64,000 bases of DNA from Bilabrum cf. latius (taxonomy: Eukaryota): contig OZ237762.1 in assembly GCA_965178125.1 (NCBI GenBank), positions 806,001 through 870,000 of the forward strand. Direction: 5' to 3'. The notes beneath the pieces are model-generated. The model had not been told where the DNA came from and did not search any database. It saw nothing but the letters and a program-made list of their open reading frames with translations. Made by a program: the position numbers and the translations under genes. This document shows positions 1-12,200 of this stretch, piece after piece (position 1 is the stretch's first letter; each line of letters opens with the position of its first letter).

Positions 1-1143
1 CCCATGACGCAGGTCCCGTGCCCGTACCTAGGGCTCGGCGGGTCACCTGACACTGCGGAGAGAGAGGGCGGGCGAGCGAGGGGTGTGCGAGGAGCGCAGG
101 TTGGCCTCGAATGCACACGATATGCTGAATAGCACGAGCAAAACATACCAGCGTACGAAAGAGCAAGCGGGGTTGACCGCACCGATTGTGGCAAGCGAAA
201 GCTATGAGAGACAGACGAGGGAACCATGGATGGATGCGAGGAAGATCTGCGTGCTTTCGCCGCATGCCTGCCAGCCCTCACCTTTCGCAGATGCCCATGT
301 CATGCTGGCCGTGTCTAGTTCCCTGGTGTCCTTCAAGTACACTGGGTGTCCCTTTGAGTCTACCGCCCACCCGCCAAACAGGATGAGCCTGCCGTCGGGG
401 GCGACTGCGAGGCTGTGTCCGTGCCTGGCCTGGGGCGGGGTGCCCCCCACGGCGGGCTTGATCCAAGCTCGCGAAGACAGGTCGTACACCCACAGGTCAT
501 TGAAGGCCACAGAGCCGTCCCAGCCCCCAAACACGACAATCTTGTCCTCCACTGCCACCATCGCCTGTCCAAACCTGCCGAGCGGAGGGGAGGTCGCGGA
601 GGGCACGACGCTCCACGTCCACTTCTCCACGTCCAAACAGAACATATCATTGTATAATCGACCGTTCGGGCCTTTGCCCCCGAACACATAGACTCTGCGG
701 AAAGACAAGTGGAGGGCCAATGCGGCAAGTGCTGCTCGACGGACAGCTTCGAGAGACAGCCATGCCGCAGCTTTGGGCAATCCTTACTGAGTTCCTATCG
801 CTACGGCAGAATGGCCGTATCGTGGGCCTGGTGCCTGACCCCCGCACCTCGGGGAGTGCCAGCAAGTGTCGTGGATATCAATTACTTGGACATCGTTGAC
901 GTACTGAAACTTCTTGTCGAAGTATGTGCCTCCAAAAATAACAATGAGATTTCCTACGATGCAAGCTGTATGTCCGCCCCGGGCTGCTGGCGCCTTGCCG
1001 CTGATCAAGGGGCGGGACCACTCCCCAAGTGCTTCGGAATCCGGTACGCTCAAGTCCCTAACCTTGCTGAGTTTCTGCACCTTATCGGCAATCTCTGGTG
1101 GAAGCTACTACGATCCAGCTGATAAGCCGGATACCTTTGCCAT
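1..1143 (-). CDS. Kelch-repeat (Rab9 effector/RABEPK-like beta-propeller) protein, 3' end outside window
   Basis: Repeats 'ARGGHTACIVGNLIVIFGG', 'PRYGHSAVAIGTQVYVFGG', 'GRFGQAMVAVEDKIVVFGG', 'ARHGHSL..LILFGG', 'PSPRYGHG'. ATG 1143 is followed by tandem in-frame TAG TAG. GT-AG introns at 695-787 and 53-281 restore the frame. Confidence 0.88.
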
Positions 1144-1291
1144 TTTAGCAATCCTGTGGGCTGCAAATGACGCTGTTGCACTTCCTGCAACGGCTCAGTG
1201 TGCGGTTGCAACCAAATAGTGGCGCCGCGCAGTGTGGCCTTTCGACAAGTTCCGTAATGACATGTGGCAGGCAAGGCCATTCTTCGGATCC

Positions 1292-4200
1292 ATGGCTGGT
1301 ATGGCGCAGCCACAGGGAAACCCAGCCAATGATGGGGGTGTAGATCCAGCTCCTCCACCGTAGATCGAAATCGACGACCAAAGCCAAGCTCGAAAATGCG
1401 CGTTTCCGATCGGTTTTGCTCTGTATGCAATTGTTTCTATTTTGGCGGCTATCGCGGTAGTATTCAACGCACTGGAAACCAGGGAGCAGTTTTACCCGGC
1501 CATAGTTCATCTTGCTACAAATAAGATCAACGTGGCGGTGAGTCACAGCAAAACTACCTGCCATCGTTCGTCCGATCCGGCGGCATCTTCACACGGCGTT
1601 GAACTCCGTATCCCTTCTTCACCTTTCGCAGGTGCTGGGCAACCTTGGCCTTGTGTTTCTCATTTCGACTGGCTTCATGTTTATGCTAATGTTTTTTGGT
1701 CGCATGGAGGACAAGGAGGTCACCCGCATCAACGATTCGGTGCCATACTACGCGTTTGAGATAATATTTGCCCTGACAGTGTTCCGGGAGGAGCTGTCGA
1801 CGCGCGTGATAAGTCTCTTTGCAGTGATGCTAATGAGTCGCGTCTTCCACGTCCTAGCAGAGGCCCGTGTGGACGTGCTCCAGGTGTACAGCCTCCACGA
1901 CATCTGGTGGGTGCACGTGCGGCTGGTCTTTGCCCTGCTCTTCCTGCTGGGCGCGGACGCGTTTCTGTGCACGGTATTCACGTCCTTCGTGATGCAGATG
2001 GGCCCCACGGTGCTCCTCATGTTCGCGTTCGAGTACGCCGAGATGGGCCTCACGGCCGTCCTCACCGCCGCCAGGTTCGGGCTGTACGCCATCGGGCAGG
2101 CCGTGGCTGGCTCAAGGCGCGCAGCCCGGGCGGAGGAGCGGGCGAGGGACAGGAAGCAGCGCGAAGAGGCGCGGAAGGAGGCTAAGGAACAAAGGCAGCA
2201 GGCCATCGAGGCGGCCCAGGGCGAGGGCGACGAGCAGGAGGTGGCCAGGCTGCGGGAGGAAGAGGAGGAGGAGGAGGCAAACGCAGCCGAGGAGGAAGCG
2301 ATGGCCCAGATGGGGGAGGAGGAGGGCCTCAAGTGGGAGGACGAGGACTACTACTACCTCATGTGCTCGGTGATGGTCAACCTGCTCAAGCTCGTCCTCA
2401 ACGGGGCGTATTTCTACCTCATCTTCAGGCAGTACGGGATGCCCCTCCTCATGATCAGGGACCTGATGCGGTCCGTGTACGCCTTTGCGAGGGACGGGGT
2501 CAAATTGCGGACCGTGCTGCGCATGCGGGCGGCCCTCCCTCGGTTCCACGTGCTGGCGGATGGCGACAAGGAGGAGGTCAGCGACGAGCAGTGCCCCTTC
2601 TGCCTGGACCCCGTTGACTACGAGGGCAAGAGCGTGCTGCTGCCATGTGGGCACGTGATCCACCGCACCTGTCTCAGGCAGATGGTCGAGCACCCCGCGG
2701 GGCAGGGAGGTGGCGGAGGGGGCGAGCGGGAGCTGAGGTGCCCCTACTGCAGGCACAACCTGAGGCCCTACGTAGACGGCGCCAAGGACCCTGAGAAGGC
2801 CCTCAAGAAGCTGCTGAAGAACAGAAAGAAGAGGAGGGCCCGGGCAGAGGCGAGGAGCTCCCGCAGCAGGAAAGGGGACGCCACCACGGACGGAGAAGGG
2901 GCCGGGGACACAACAGACGCCGGGGCCACCACGGACGGGGGCGGGCTGTCCGCCACCGACGCGGACGAGACGGACGGCGGCACTGGCTAGGTGCGATCAA
3001 GCCGCGGAGGTGGTCGCGGCCGGGGCTAGCACGGCGCTAGCGACGTGGACGAGACCGACCATGACGATGACGACGAGGAGGAGGAGGAAGAGGAGGGGGA
3101 CGCGACCGAGACTGAGACAGACGCGGATGGTGAGGGCAGCCGCACCGGCCGACTCAGCGGTCCCAGTGCTCGCGCTGCTGAGAAGAGCCTTCTCGCTGCC
3201 GCGGCGAGGTTCCGCAGCTCGATGCGGGCCGCGTCGGATCCTTCTGGCTCCGGTCTGCATGCCGTGAAGGAGGTGGATGACGAGGAGGGCGGGGCATCCC
3301 CGCAGAGCAGGAGCGCAGGGGATGTGACGAGTGGGGGGGCAGGTGACACCACGGGCATGGACACCGATGGTGTGACGAGTGCTGCGGGTGAAGGCACGGA
3401 CCGGTCCCACGGCCAGGGAACAGCCAGGCGAGGCAGCCGCTCGCCCACCCGCAGGTCGGGCCGTAGCAGTGGTGGCAGCAGCGGCAAGCAGAAGAAGAAC
3501 AAAGAGTCCAAGCACGGGAAGAAGGAGAGGCGCAAGATGGAGAAGGAGAAGAAGCGAAGGGAGAAAGCCATGCGCAAAGCAGCCCTTGGCTTGGGTCCGC
3601 TGGCGGCTCCCTCTACTCCAATGGGCGTGCACAGCATCTACCAGGACCCCCACGGCCGCAGGGGCAGCGAGGTCGGGTCTGCCACGGAGTCAGAGTATTT
3701 GCTGCCTGGCCCCCTGGTGGGGGGCGGCAGGGGGGTCAGTGCAGGCTCCGGGTTCTCTGTCCCCGGCATGGGGACCGTGGGCAGCCCAGGGGCAGGGTTT
3801 GCCCCCTCCATGCACCAGCACGACCTCCATCAGCAGCTGCAGCAGCAGCTGCAGCACCAGTACGCTGCGGGCGGGATGCCGCTCGCCGCTGCTTCACTAT
3901 CCGCTGTTGGCGGTCCTGCGAGCAGCGGTGTGACGAGTGGGGCGTCCCCCCAACTGCAATCTCCCTCTCCCTCCGTCACGGGCGCCTTGTCTCCTGCTGG
4001 CGTCCTCTCGCCCGCGCACGTGCGGGCACTCATGCGGCTGCCCGAGGCGGAGAGGGAGCGGGCGCTTGTGCTGCTGGAGCAGGGGGAGCAGCGGGCCAGG
4101 GAGGAGCAGGCGCTGGCTGAGGAACAAGCGAGGCAGCTGGCAGCCCTGCAGGCGCAGCAGGCGGCCAGGGAGCAGCAGGCGGCGCGGGATGCAGCGCAGC

Positions 4201-4679
4201 TGCAGGCTCTGCTTGCGCAGGCAGGGGTAGGCAGCAGTGCCCCGATGGTGGGCGGGATGGGCAGGCCAGCACAAGTGCACGCTACCGCTGCCACTGCCAC
4301 GGCCCAGACGGCAGGTGTGGCAATGCACGGGCAAGCGGGGTACTCTTCGGGAGTGGGAGGTGTGCCGGCTGGTACTGGCTTCGGTTCAGGTGCACCGCAG
4401 GGTGGTGCGTCGGATGGGTTCGGTATCGCTGGCAGCAACGCACGCCTGGGATCGGCGGGTTCTGCCTAGCTTGGTCTGCATTCTGCCAGAGGTGGTGACG
4501 GGGAGGCGCAGGACCAGGAATTGGAAGTGGGAGGGGAGGCATCATCGCCGCACAGCAGCACCCCGATGGAATCGTCTCCGCCAGGGACGACTAGTACTTC
4601 ACCCGTGGTGCGACCGGGGGAGCCAGAGGAGGCTGCGGCTAGGAGGCGGGCGAGGCTCAGGGCCATGGGGCAGGGTTGA
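1292..4679 (+). CDS. HRD1: HRD1/synoviolin-like ERAD E3 ubiquitin ligase (multi-TM, RING-H2, long low-complexity tail)
   Basis: 'QFYPAIVHL', 'FALTVFREEL..FHVLAEARVD', 'LLMFAFEY', 'YGMPLLMIRD'; RING-H2 CPFC..CGHVIHRTC..CPYC. Intron 1538-1631 (GTGAG..CGCAG). In-frame TAGs at 1361, 2988, ~3027 and 4467; ends TGA 4677-4679 after 'EEAAARRRARLRAM', which resembles the HRD1 C-terminal VCP-binding motif. Start may be 1262. Confidence 0.85.
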
Positions 4680-4813
4680 CGAGCGTAGTCTACCTAAAGC
4701 TCCGAATCCACCATCCGCAAGGCCCAAACGAGCAGTTCTTGCATCCTGAAAGCTGATTTCTCCGGCTAAACTACAGCAAAGCTTCGTATGCATGCATCTT
4801 TAAACCGCCGCAA

Positions 4814-6076
4814 ATGATTGCCGCAGGTGGAATGTGCCTTGCAGCATGCTCATTGCTGGCATCCGCAACCATCGCTGACTTGGCGGGGCACTCGACTAGC
4901 TACCAACGTGCCAACGACACGCCGAGACGACGAAACAGACAAGTGTATCCATACCTTGCGATGGATCCCTCGCAGATTGTCTCCACCAGGCCGGTTCGTC
5001 CTGCAAGCCGCCTGGCAGAGCTATCAGGGCTGCCGTCGGACACCGAGCTTGTATCCCTTTTGTAGAGCGTGCTATCGGAACAAGAGGCAATTTAGTAGCT
5101 TGGACTTTGTCAAGCGAGGGATGCAAGGCTGATTTTGGCTGGGACGCCCAACGCAACCGTCGTAGAAGTCGGGGCCGCGTTGGGCTCGGATACTATCCTG
5201 TACGCGGCTCTAGCAGGCAAAGTGATCGCGTATGAAGCTGGACCTGCAACGGCAAACAAGCTTGTAAAAACAGTAGACGAGTTCAGAAGGCAGGCAGCAT
5301 CACGAAACATCGCAACCGGAGAAGTCCGCGTCGAATCCAAGGCCGTGAGCGACAAGACCGGCAGGACAGACCTGTTCATGGTGTGGGGGGACTCGGACCA
5401 AGCTTCTGCAAGCCAGATTGAGGGTCTTGTAGCGCATAGCACCGACCATGCCTAGGGGCAAGTTCTCGTGGAGAGCCTGCAGGACGCGATCGTGCCACAG
5501 CCTTGGTTTCTCCCAAGCAACACTACGGCGGGGGGTGCTGCTCCCAGTAGTACCAGTGGCGGTTCCAAGGGCAGCACACATCGCTCCGTGCAGGTGGACG
5601 TGGTGCGACTGGACGACGAGTTGGACGAGCGGATCGACTACCTTGAGATCGACGTGCAGGGGGCGGACTTTGCGGTGCTGAGGGGGGCTCGGCGGCTGAT
5701 CGAGCACCACGGTGTGGGGGTGATCCGTGTGGAGTACACGCCTCTGTTCCTCAGAGAGGCGGGGGAGGACCCCATCGAGATGCTGCACTGGCTTTATGAC
5801 CGAGGTTACGTATGCTTTGACACGCCAGACGACTGCGAGGGCAAGCGGACTGCGTTCAAGTGGGAGCACGCGCGGCTGTTTGCAGAGCAGCCTGGGGGGG
5901 AGTGGGGCGGGGCGGGAAGGGCGGGAACGGGGGCGAAACGGGTGGGAAATGGTATGGTGCGTGGTCCAGTTCTGTTTAAGGACCTGGAGCGTGCTCTGGG
6001 CGACGGTCAGCTGGGCGTGGAATACCACGGGCACACGTTGCCCTTTTGGACGGACTTGCTGTGCTTCCAGAATTGA
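4814..6076 (+). CDS. FkbM-family (Methyltransf_21-like) SAM methyltransferase with N-terminal signal/anchor
   Basis: 'VVEVGAALGSDT', 'KVIAYEAGP', 'VDVVRLDDEL..IDYLEIDVQGADFAVLRGA', 'VEYTP'. Three track ORFs are joined in frame by 4 TAGs; ends TGA. Confidence 0.8.
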
Positions 6077-6243
6077 CTTACATAAGGCATCGGCAATGCA
6101 AGTGATGATAGCTCACAGTCCAGGCCTGTCACAGTTGCCTAGATCTACTCGCGGAGCTCGGGTCTTTCACGAAGGTTCGGCACAAAGCAACTGTTCGAAA
6201 GAGCGTTGCGCAACGGTGCATCCACTTCAAGTAGGAAGTGTTG

Positions 6244-9138
6244 ATGAGTGGTAGAGGAATACCAAAATTGGACTTCACCCGATTGGATGGATTAGACCAG
6301 GAAGGGTCCTTGGGAAATGTAGCTTCTTCGGGTGTTGCAGCAGGCAAGCATGTTCGCCCTCCTTCCTCATTTCACCACACAAAGCAGACTGGTCACAGTG
6401 TAGGAGTGAGTGGTGCATCTGGTAGGAATAGGAAATAGGAAGTCGGCTCGCGAGAATAGCTAGACAAGCTGAAACGCAGTGCAGCTATTGCGAATGGATA
6501 CCTGCGCGATTCCATGCAGCGCAACCGCACGGTCGAAAACAGCGAAATTTCATCCGAGGAGAGCAGTAACGAGCTTGGAAGGGTAGTTGATGACGTCCCT
6601 ATGACAGCTAGGAGCCATGCACAACAAATCATGCTGCTGGCGGCCGGCGAGGTGCACGTTATCGCCATTCGATCGCGTTTCGTGCGCGGGGCAATCGCAA
6701 TGGCAGCTCACGGCATCCTTCTTGGAATTGTGGTCGGTGCGATGCAGCACCAGTACGGTAGAATCCCCTCCACGGTGCAGCCGGGCGCCGTGGGCTCCTC
6801 GGCGCTCAGCATGCTCACAGCCGCCATCGCGGTGTCGGTGACCTGCGCCGGCCTCGTCCTTGTTGGAGTGCTCACTCGAGCCAGCCCGGGCTATCGCATG
6901 GCGGGCGCTCTGCTCCTTACCTGCATGTCCATCGTGACGATGGTGGCGCTGTTCGCCGGGATCGCGGCTGCTGATGCGCTTCACAGGCAGAACCAGGAGC
7001 GTGGCGCGTTCCGCGGCGAGTGGCGGAACCTGAAGGTGCAGCTGGGGTTCAGCTGCTTTTTCAGTTTCAGTTGCATGCTATGGACGGGAGTGTACGTGGT
7101 CGCGGCGCTGAGTGCCTGGGGCGAGGGCTGGTCGGAGCTGGGTGAGCATGCCTGGGTGGCGGTGGAGTCGAGGGAACAACGGAGGTGTTAGCGGATGCTT
7201 GGGGAGCTGAAGGTGTCGTGCATGGGGGAAGCTGCCACTGGGGCGGTGTCCAAGGTGACAAGGAGGAGAAGGAGGCGGAAGAAGAGGGGCCGAATGGGGG
7301 GCAAGGGGGGCCGCGGCAGAGGCAGGGACGGTGCCAGGGGCAGGAATGGTGCCAGGGGCAGGGACGATAGCAGAGAGGAGCTGGTGGGAGGCGGCTCGGG
7401 CAGCGAGGATGGGAGCAACTGGAGTGACAGGGGCCAAGGAGAGGTGTGGGAGCAGAACGTGCTGGAGGATGGGGATGTGGATGGGGGCAGTGGCAGTGGC
7501 AGCGGAGACTCTGATGGTACAGGCAGTGATGACAGCAATAGTGGGGATGAAAGTTATTCTGACAAGGAGCTGTCTTCGGATGAGGATCTAGAGATGGGTA
7601 GGGGTGGTCGAGCAGGCCGGGGCGAGCAAGTGCAAGGCAAAAGGGGGAAAACCAGGAGTGCTGCGCGTGGCGGTATGGAGCTGGCAGTTGGAGACAGCAA
7701 TGGGTCTGGAGAGTTCGAAGACGAGGACAGCGGTGCTGATGCCAGCGGCACAGGCAGTATTGCCGCGCTTGGTGTGGGCGGATATGATAAGGAAGAGGAG
7801 GAGGAAGACGAAGACGAGAACCAGTTCGGGACCTCCAGACCCACTGCACGCATGGAAGCTGGTGCTGCACTCACTAGGTCCACTCACCACGCTGCTTTCG
7901 GACGACGGCACGGTGCCGCCAACCAACAGCACAGCGTGGACGACCCAAGTGTTCCGCCAGCCCTGCGCCAGCAGACGGGTGGACGGCGCGACCTGGCACG
8001 GGCTCGTGGGGCTGCGGCAACGAGCACGATCCGACCGAGCGACATCCCGGTTCTGTTCAGTCCAAGGGCGGATCGAGCCGCAGGCGTAGGCCCGATACCC
8101 TCTCGGGCCGCTCTACAAGCAGTCAGCTCGCGGGCACCTGCAGGAAGCACGGGGAGGGCCTTGCTGATGAGGGGAGCCGGTGGCCATGCGGCTCGGCCCA
8201 GCCTGTCGGTTGGATCCGCTGCCGCTCCCACGGCTGACGGCAGTCGGCGTGCGCCGCAAGGGGCTGCAGTAGGATCGGTGGTACGTCCGACAACGCCCGA
8301 AGACAGCCCACCGGCAAGCCCAACATGTGCATTGCCAGGAGGAGCGGCAGGATCCGCGGCTAGTCCGCCACAAGCCACCGGGAACGGGGACCGACCGAGA
8401 TCTCGCCCGAGTGGAGGCGCTTCACCCCCAGAACCAAGTTTGGGCCCTTTATCGGCAGAAAGCGATCTTATGGGTAGCTGCTTGGACTCGCCGACGCAGT
8501 TTGCAGACGCCTGGTCGCAAGCCGAAGCTGCGGGTCAGTTCCAGTGCCAGGTAGTGCGGCCGTTCCAGGCAGATGCTCTCGGGCTACATGTGAGGGGGAA
8601 GGGGTTTGTGCTGGGTCCAAGCGCCTCTGCTGCCTCTGCTGCTTCGATCCCTGGGAGCGTCGGGGCCGAGCTCTGGTTCGCTGCAACCCGGCGGGTGGTT
8701 AAAGGCAGTGCCGATGCTGCAGCAGCTGGATGTGGTCTTGAGGACGGGCTGGGTGTGCTGTTTCTGTGCAGGTTGAGAGTGTGGCAGGGGAGAGTAAAGC
8801 CTGGTGCTGGGCCAGCTGACCTGCGCGGGGCGGTGGGGTCGGCCGTCGTGTCTGCGGCAGAGGATGGCAGGGGCAGCGGCCTGTTTGAAGGGGCCAGTGG
8901 GAAGGGAGGGGCAGGGCCCACCCCGGTCGAGCGAGGGTCGTTCGAGGCCCCGTGCGTGCTCGCGGCAGCGATCCGGCTGTGCGTGGTGCGAGAGACCCTG
9001 GAACGTGGAGGTGACATCCAAGTGGTGGGCAAAAGCTCGCACGGGCTGGACTTGGGGTCTTGTGCGAGTGGGTTTGTGAGGCAGCTCAGGCTGAGGGAGG
9101 TGCTATCAGTTGAGGAGGATGGGACCACAGGCAAGTAA
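6244..9138 (+). CDS. Hypothetical protein with ~4 TM segments and a long Gly/Ser/acidic low-complexity region
   Basis: ORFs 6238-6438, 6514-7191 and 7195-9138 are in one frame, linked by 3 TAGs. Ends TAA, immediately followed by AT-rich intergenic DNA. Confidence 0.7.
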
Positions 9139-9288
9139 ATTCGTAGAAGCAGATCTTGGTCCTGGATTCAGAAAATGCTAAGTTTCTAGAAAGTGTTACA
9201 TAAGGTTATATCTTTAATAGTTAACAGCGGGAGTAGACCAGACAGTGCAGTGGGTAGCAGACGGCATGCCGACTCGGCCGGACTCTTG

Positions 9289-12200
9289 TCACTTTGTATC
9301 CTGCTCCTGCCCACCCGGAGGCTGCTGCTTCGGCTTGGGAGAGAGGCCGAGCCCAATGCCTGCCATCTCCACCACCCGCCTTAGACCGTCCTGCAGCGCC
9401 GAGGCCATGCTGGGCGAGGGCGCCACGTCAGACTCTGCGCCCTGGCCGTCGCCAGCAGATCCTGGCGCAGTGCCAGGGGATTTGATAGATAGAGACTGCT
9501 CATCAGCACCACCATTCTGATGTGCTCCGCCGTGTGAGGAGCTACTGCTGCTGCTGCTGCTCGTCGCCCCTCCGGTCTGTTGCTGCCGGCCGCCCAGGCC
9601 CTGCCACAGACTCATCGGGAAATGCATGGGGCCCTGCTGCGGGGCAGACCGGGGACCCGATCCGGAGCTGGATGCAGAGGATGACGATGATGCGGCAGAT
9701 GATGACGAGGACTATGAGCTTGTTCCCTGTGAGGCCGCCAGTGCATGCATGCCACCATACCCGCTCACACCGGTCCTGGATGCCTGCCCACTGGCCCCAG
9801 TGGCAGCACCACCCACGGTAGGTAGCAAGCCCGGGCCGTTGATGTCCGAAATCTCCGGGGTGTCATCCATGGGCAACTGCCGCTGCTCTTGCTGCTGCGA
9901 CGCCACAGCTGCACCGGCCGCACCGCTAGCACCCGCACCGCTGCCCCCAGCCGACCCATTGGCTCCGTCCTCGTCCCCCCCCTCATCTCCTGGGTCCACC
10001 CGCCCTCCCGAGTCAGACCCGGGCCCTGCCCCGTCGTCGTCTGCGTTCTTCATACTCATGCTGAACTGCATCCCGCCGCGGATCGTGCTCCCGAGTCCAT
10101 TGGAGGGCCCACCCTGCCCCTCGTCCTCCTCCCCCTCGTCCAGCTCCTCGATCATCATTGGGATCATCATCATGTCGCTCTCGCTGATCAAATCCTCCGC
10201 CCCCACCACGCGCACCTCGGGGTACTCGAAGCGGCCCTCGGGCTGCAGGGCATCTGCGGCGGCGATGAGGTCGTCGTCCGAGATTCGGGCGGGCCGACGG
10301 GCCATCGCCTCCCGCGCGTCGGCCAGGAGGACCCGCCTCCGGTCCCACTCAGAGGCGATCTGAGACTCAAGCTCGGTCAAGCGTCGGTTCCACGCATCCA
10401 GCACGCGCGGCTTCTCGTCGTAGATCGACCTGCCGGGGACTTTGACATACGCAGGCAACTCGAAACCGGCTGGGATCACACGCAGCCCGCGCGCAGCTGC
10501 GAAAGGCAGCAAAGGTGCCGCGACAGATGGGGGCCAATGGCCATCATCCAGATCCAGCTCCACTTTTTGGCACGGAACGACCGTGGGCTCCTGCATGTGC
10601 AGGTAGGCATATCCGCCCATCCTTGCGATAGTCTCCTTCTATTCCTTCCTAACGGCAGCCGCGGCAGTGTGGCTGGACCTCCGCTTCCTCCTGCCCTTGG
10701 CCCCGCCCAGCTAGCGGTTCAGTCTCACGAGCAGCTACTGGGCCGATTCCTCGAGGACAGTCACCTTGCGACCCTCGCGCTTCAGGCGACGGGCAAAGGC
10801 AGCCGGGGTGGCCAAAGGCGTGGCGAAGAGCTCCCCGTGGCACCCCAGCCGCGCCGCCACGACCGCGTACGTCCTCAGCCGCTGCCAGCAGTCCCCGTCT
10901 CCCCCTGCAGCCTCCAGGACGTCGGGATCCCCAAGGGCCTCGCTCAGGAAGGAGTGCGCCTGCGCGAAGTCCCGGATGGCAGCCACGTCGCTGGGAAACG
11001 CATCTTCGACTAGCTAGCGAGTGGTCTTCGGGATCTATCCCCCGGAGCCGACCGGCGGGGCCGGAGCAGATCTACCGGTGGACCGAGTGGCGCCTTTTGA
11101 CCCGCCCCAGGGCACAACCGTGCCGGCACCGGCAGCCCCACCAGCCGGGATACCGCCCTTGCCATCGATCTGCATGGTGTCTGCGACGTCGGGCGCGTCC
11201 AGCCGGTTGGGTGCGATGATTCTCTCCACGACGGCTCTGTTGGCGTGGAGGGTCTGCAGCGCCTTGTGCACCAGCGAGGCGATGTCGTCCGCGTTGTAGC
11301 CTAGGCTGCCCGTCCCTTGGGTCAGGTTGAGCCAACGGCTGCCGAGCCCGCCGCCCCCTCGACCCACCCCCCCGACTGAGCTGGCAGTCGTGCTCGCCGA
11401 CATGCCCCCCAGGCTCATGGTGCCGGCCTCGCTGGCTTGTTCTCCGGATGCCTCCCACGCCTGCGGACCTCCCTCTCCCTGGGCCTGTCCGCCTTCCCCA
11501 GGCATCGCCATGCGGGCCTCCCCAGGGCGGTTGCCCGCTGCAGTCCCAGCCGGCCCGGAGCCGACCATACCCACCTGTCCGCCTGCCGAGCTCTGGTACT
11601 GCTCGGCACCCCCCTAACCATCGCCCTCATCATCATCATCGTCGTCGTCGTCGTCCAGCATTGCATACTCGTCCTCATCCTCGTCATCGTACGAGTGGGG
11701 ATTGAAGGCCCTCCGCAGCTGGAAACGGATCGAGGAGGACAGGCAGTCGCTCACGCGGACGTGGAAGGGCAGGGGCACACCTCGCCCACGCACTCGAAGC
11801 AAAGACAGCTGCCCTAGCAGGTGCTGCGCGCACCTCTTTGCCACGGTCCACGTGTACGGTATCTCCAGGCTCGGCCGAGGGCCCGCGGGGCTGCCTCCTT
11901 GCTTGCCGCTGGACCCTCCAGTACTGGTGGGGTGGTAGCAGCGGAGCCCGCACTCCACCAGATCCACCGGTGGACTAGACGCACTGCCAGCCCGGGCCAG
12001 CAGCAACAGGAGAGCGCCCAGCGAGCAGCAGGCGCGAGTCGAGGACAGGAGCCCACCGTGCCCTGCCGCACCACTGCCAGAGCCGATCGCTGCCATCGCG
12101 TCCCCGCAGCAGCACGCCGCCGACACCAGTCGCGGGCCAAGGGGCTGCACCACCCCACCCGATGGCAGCTCCCAGCCGCGCTGCTCCGATGCCTGGCCCA

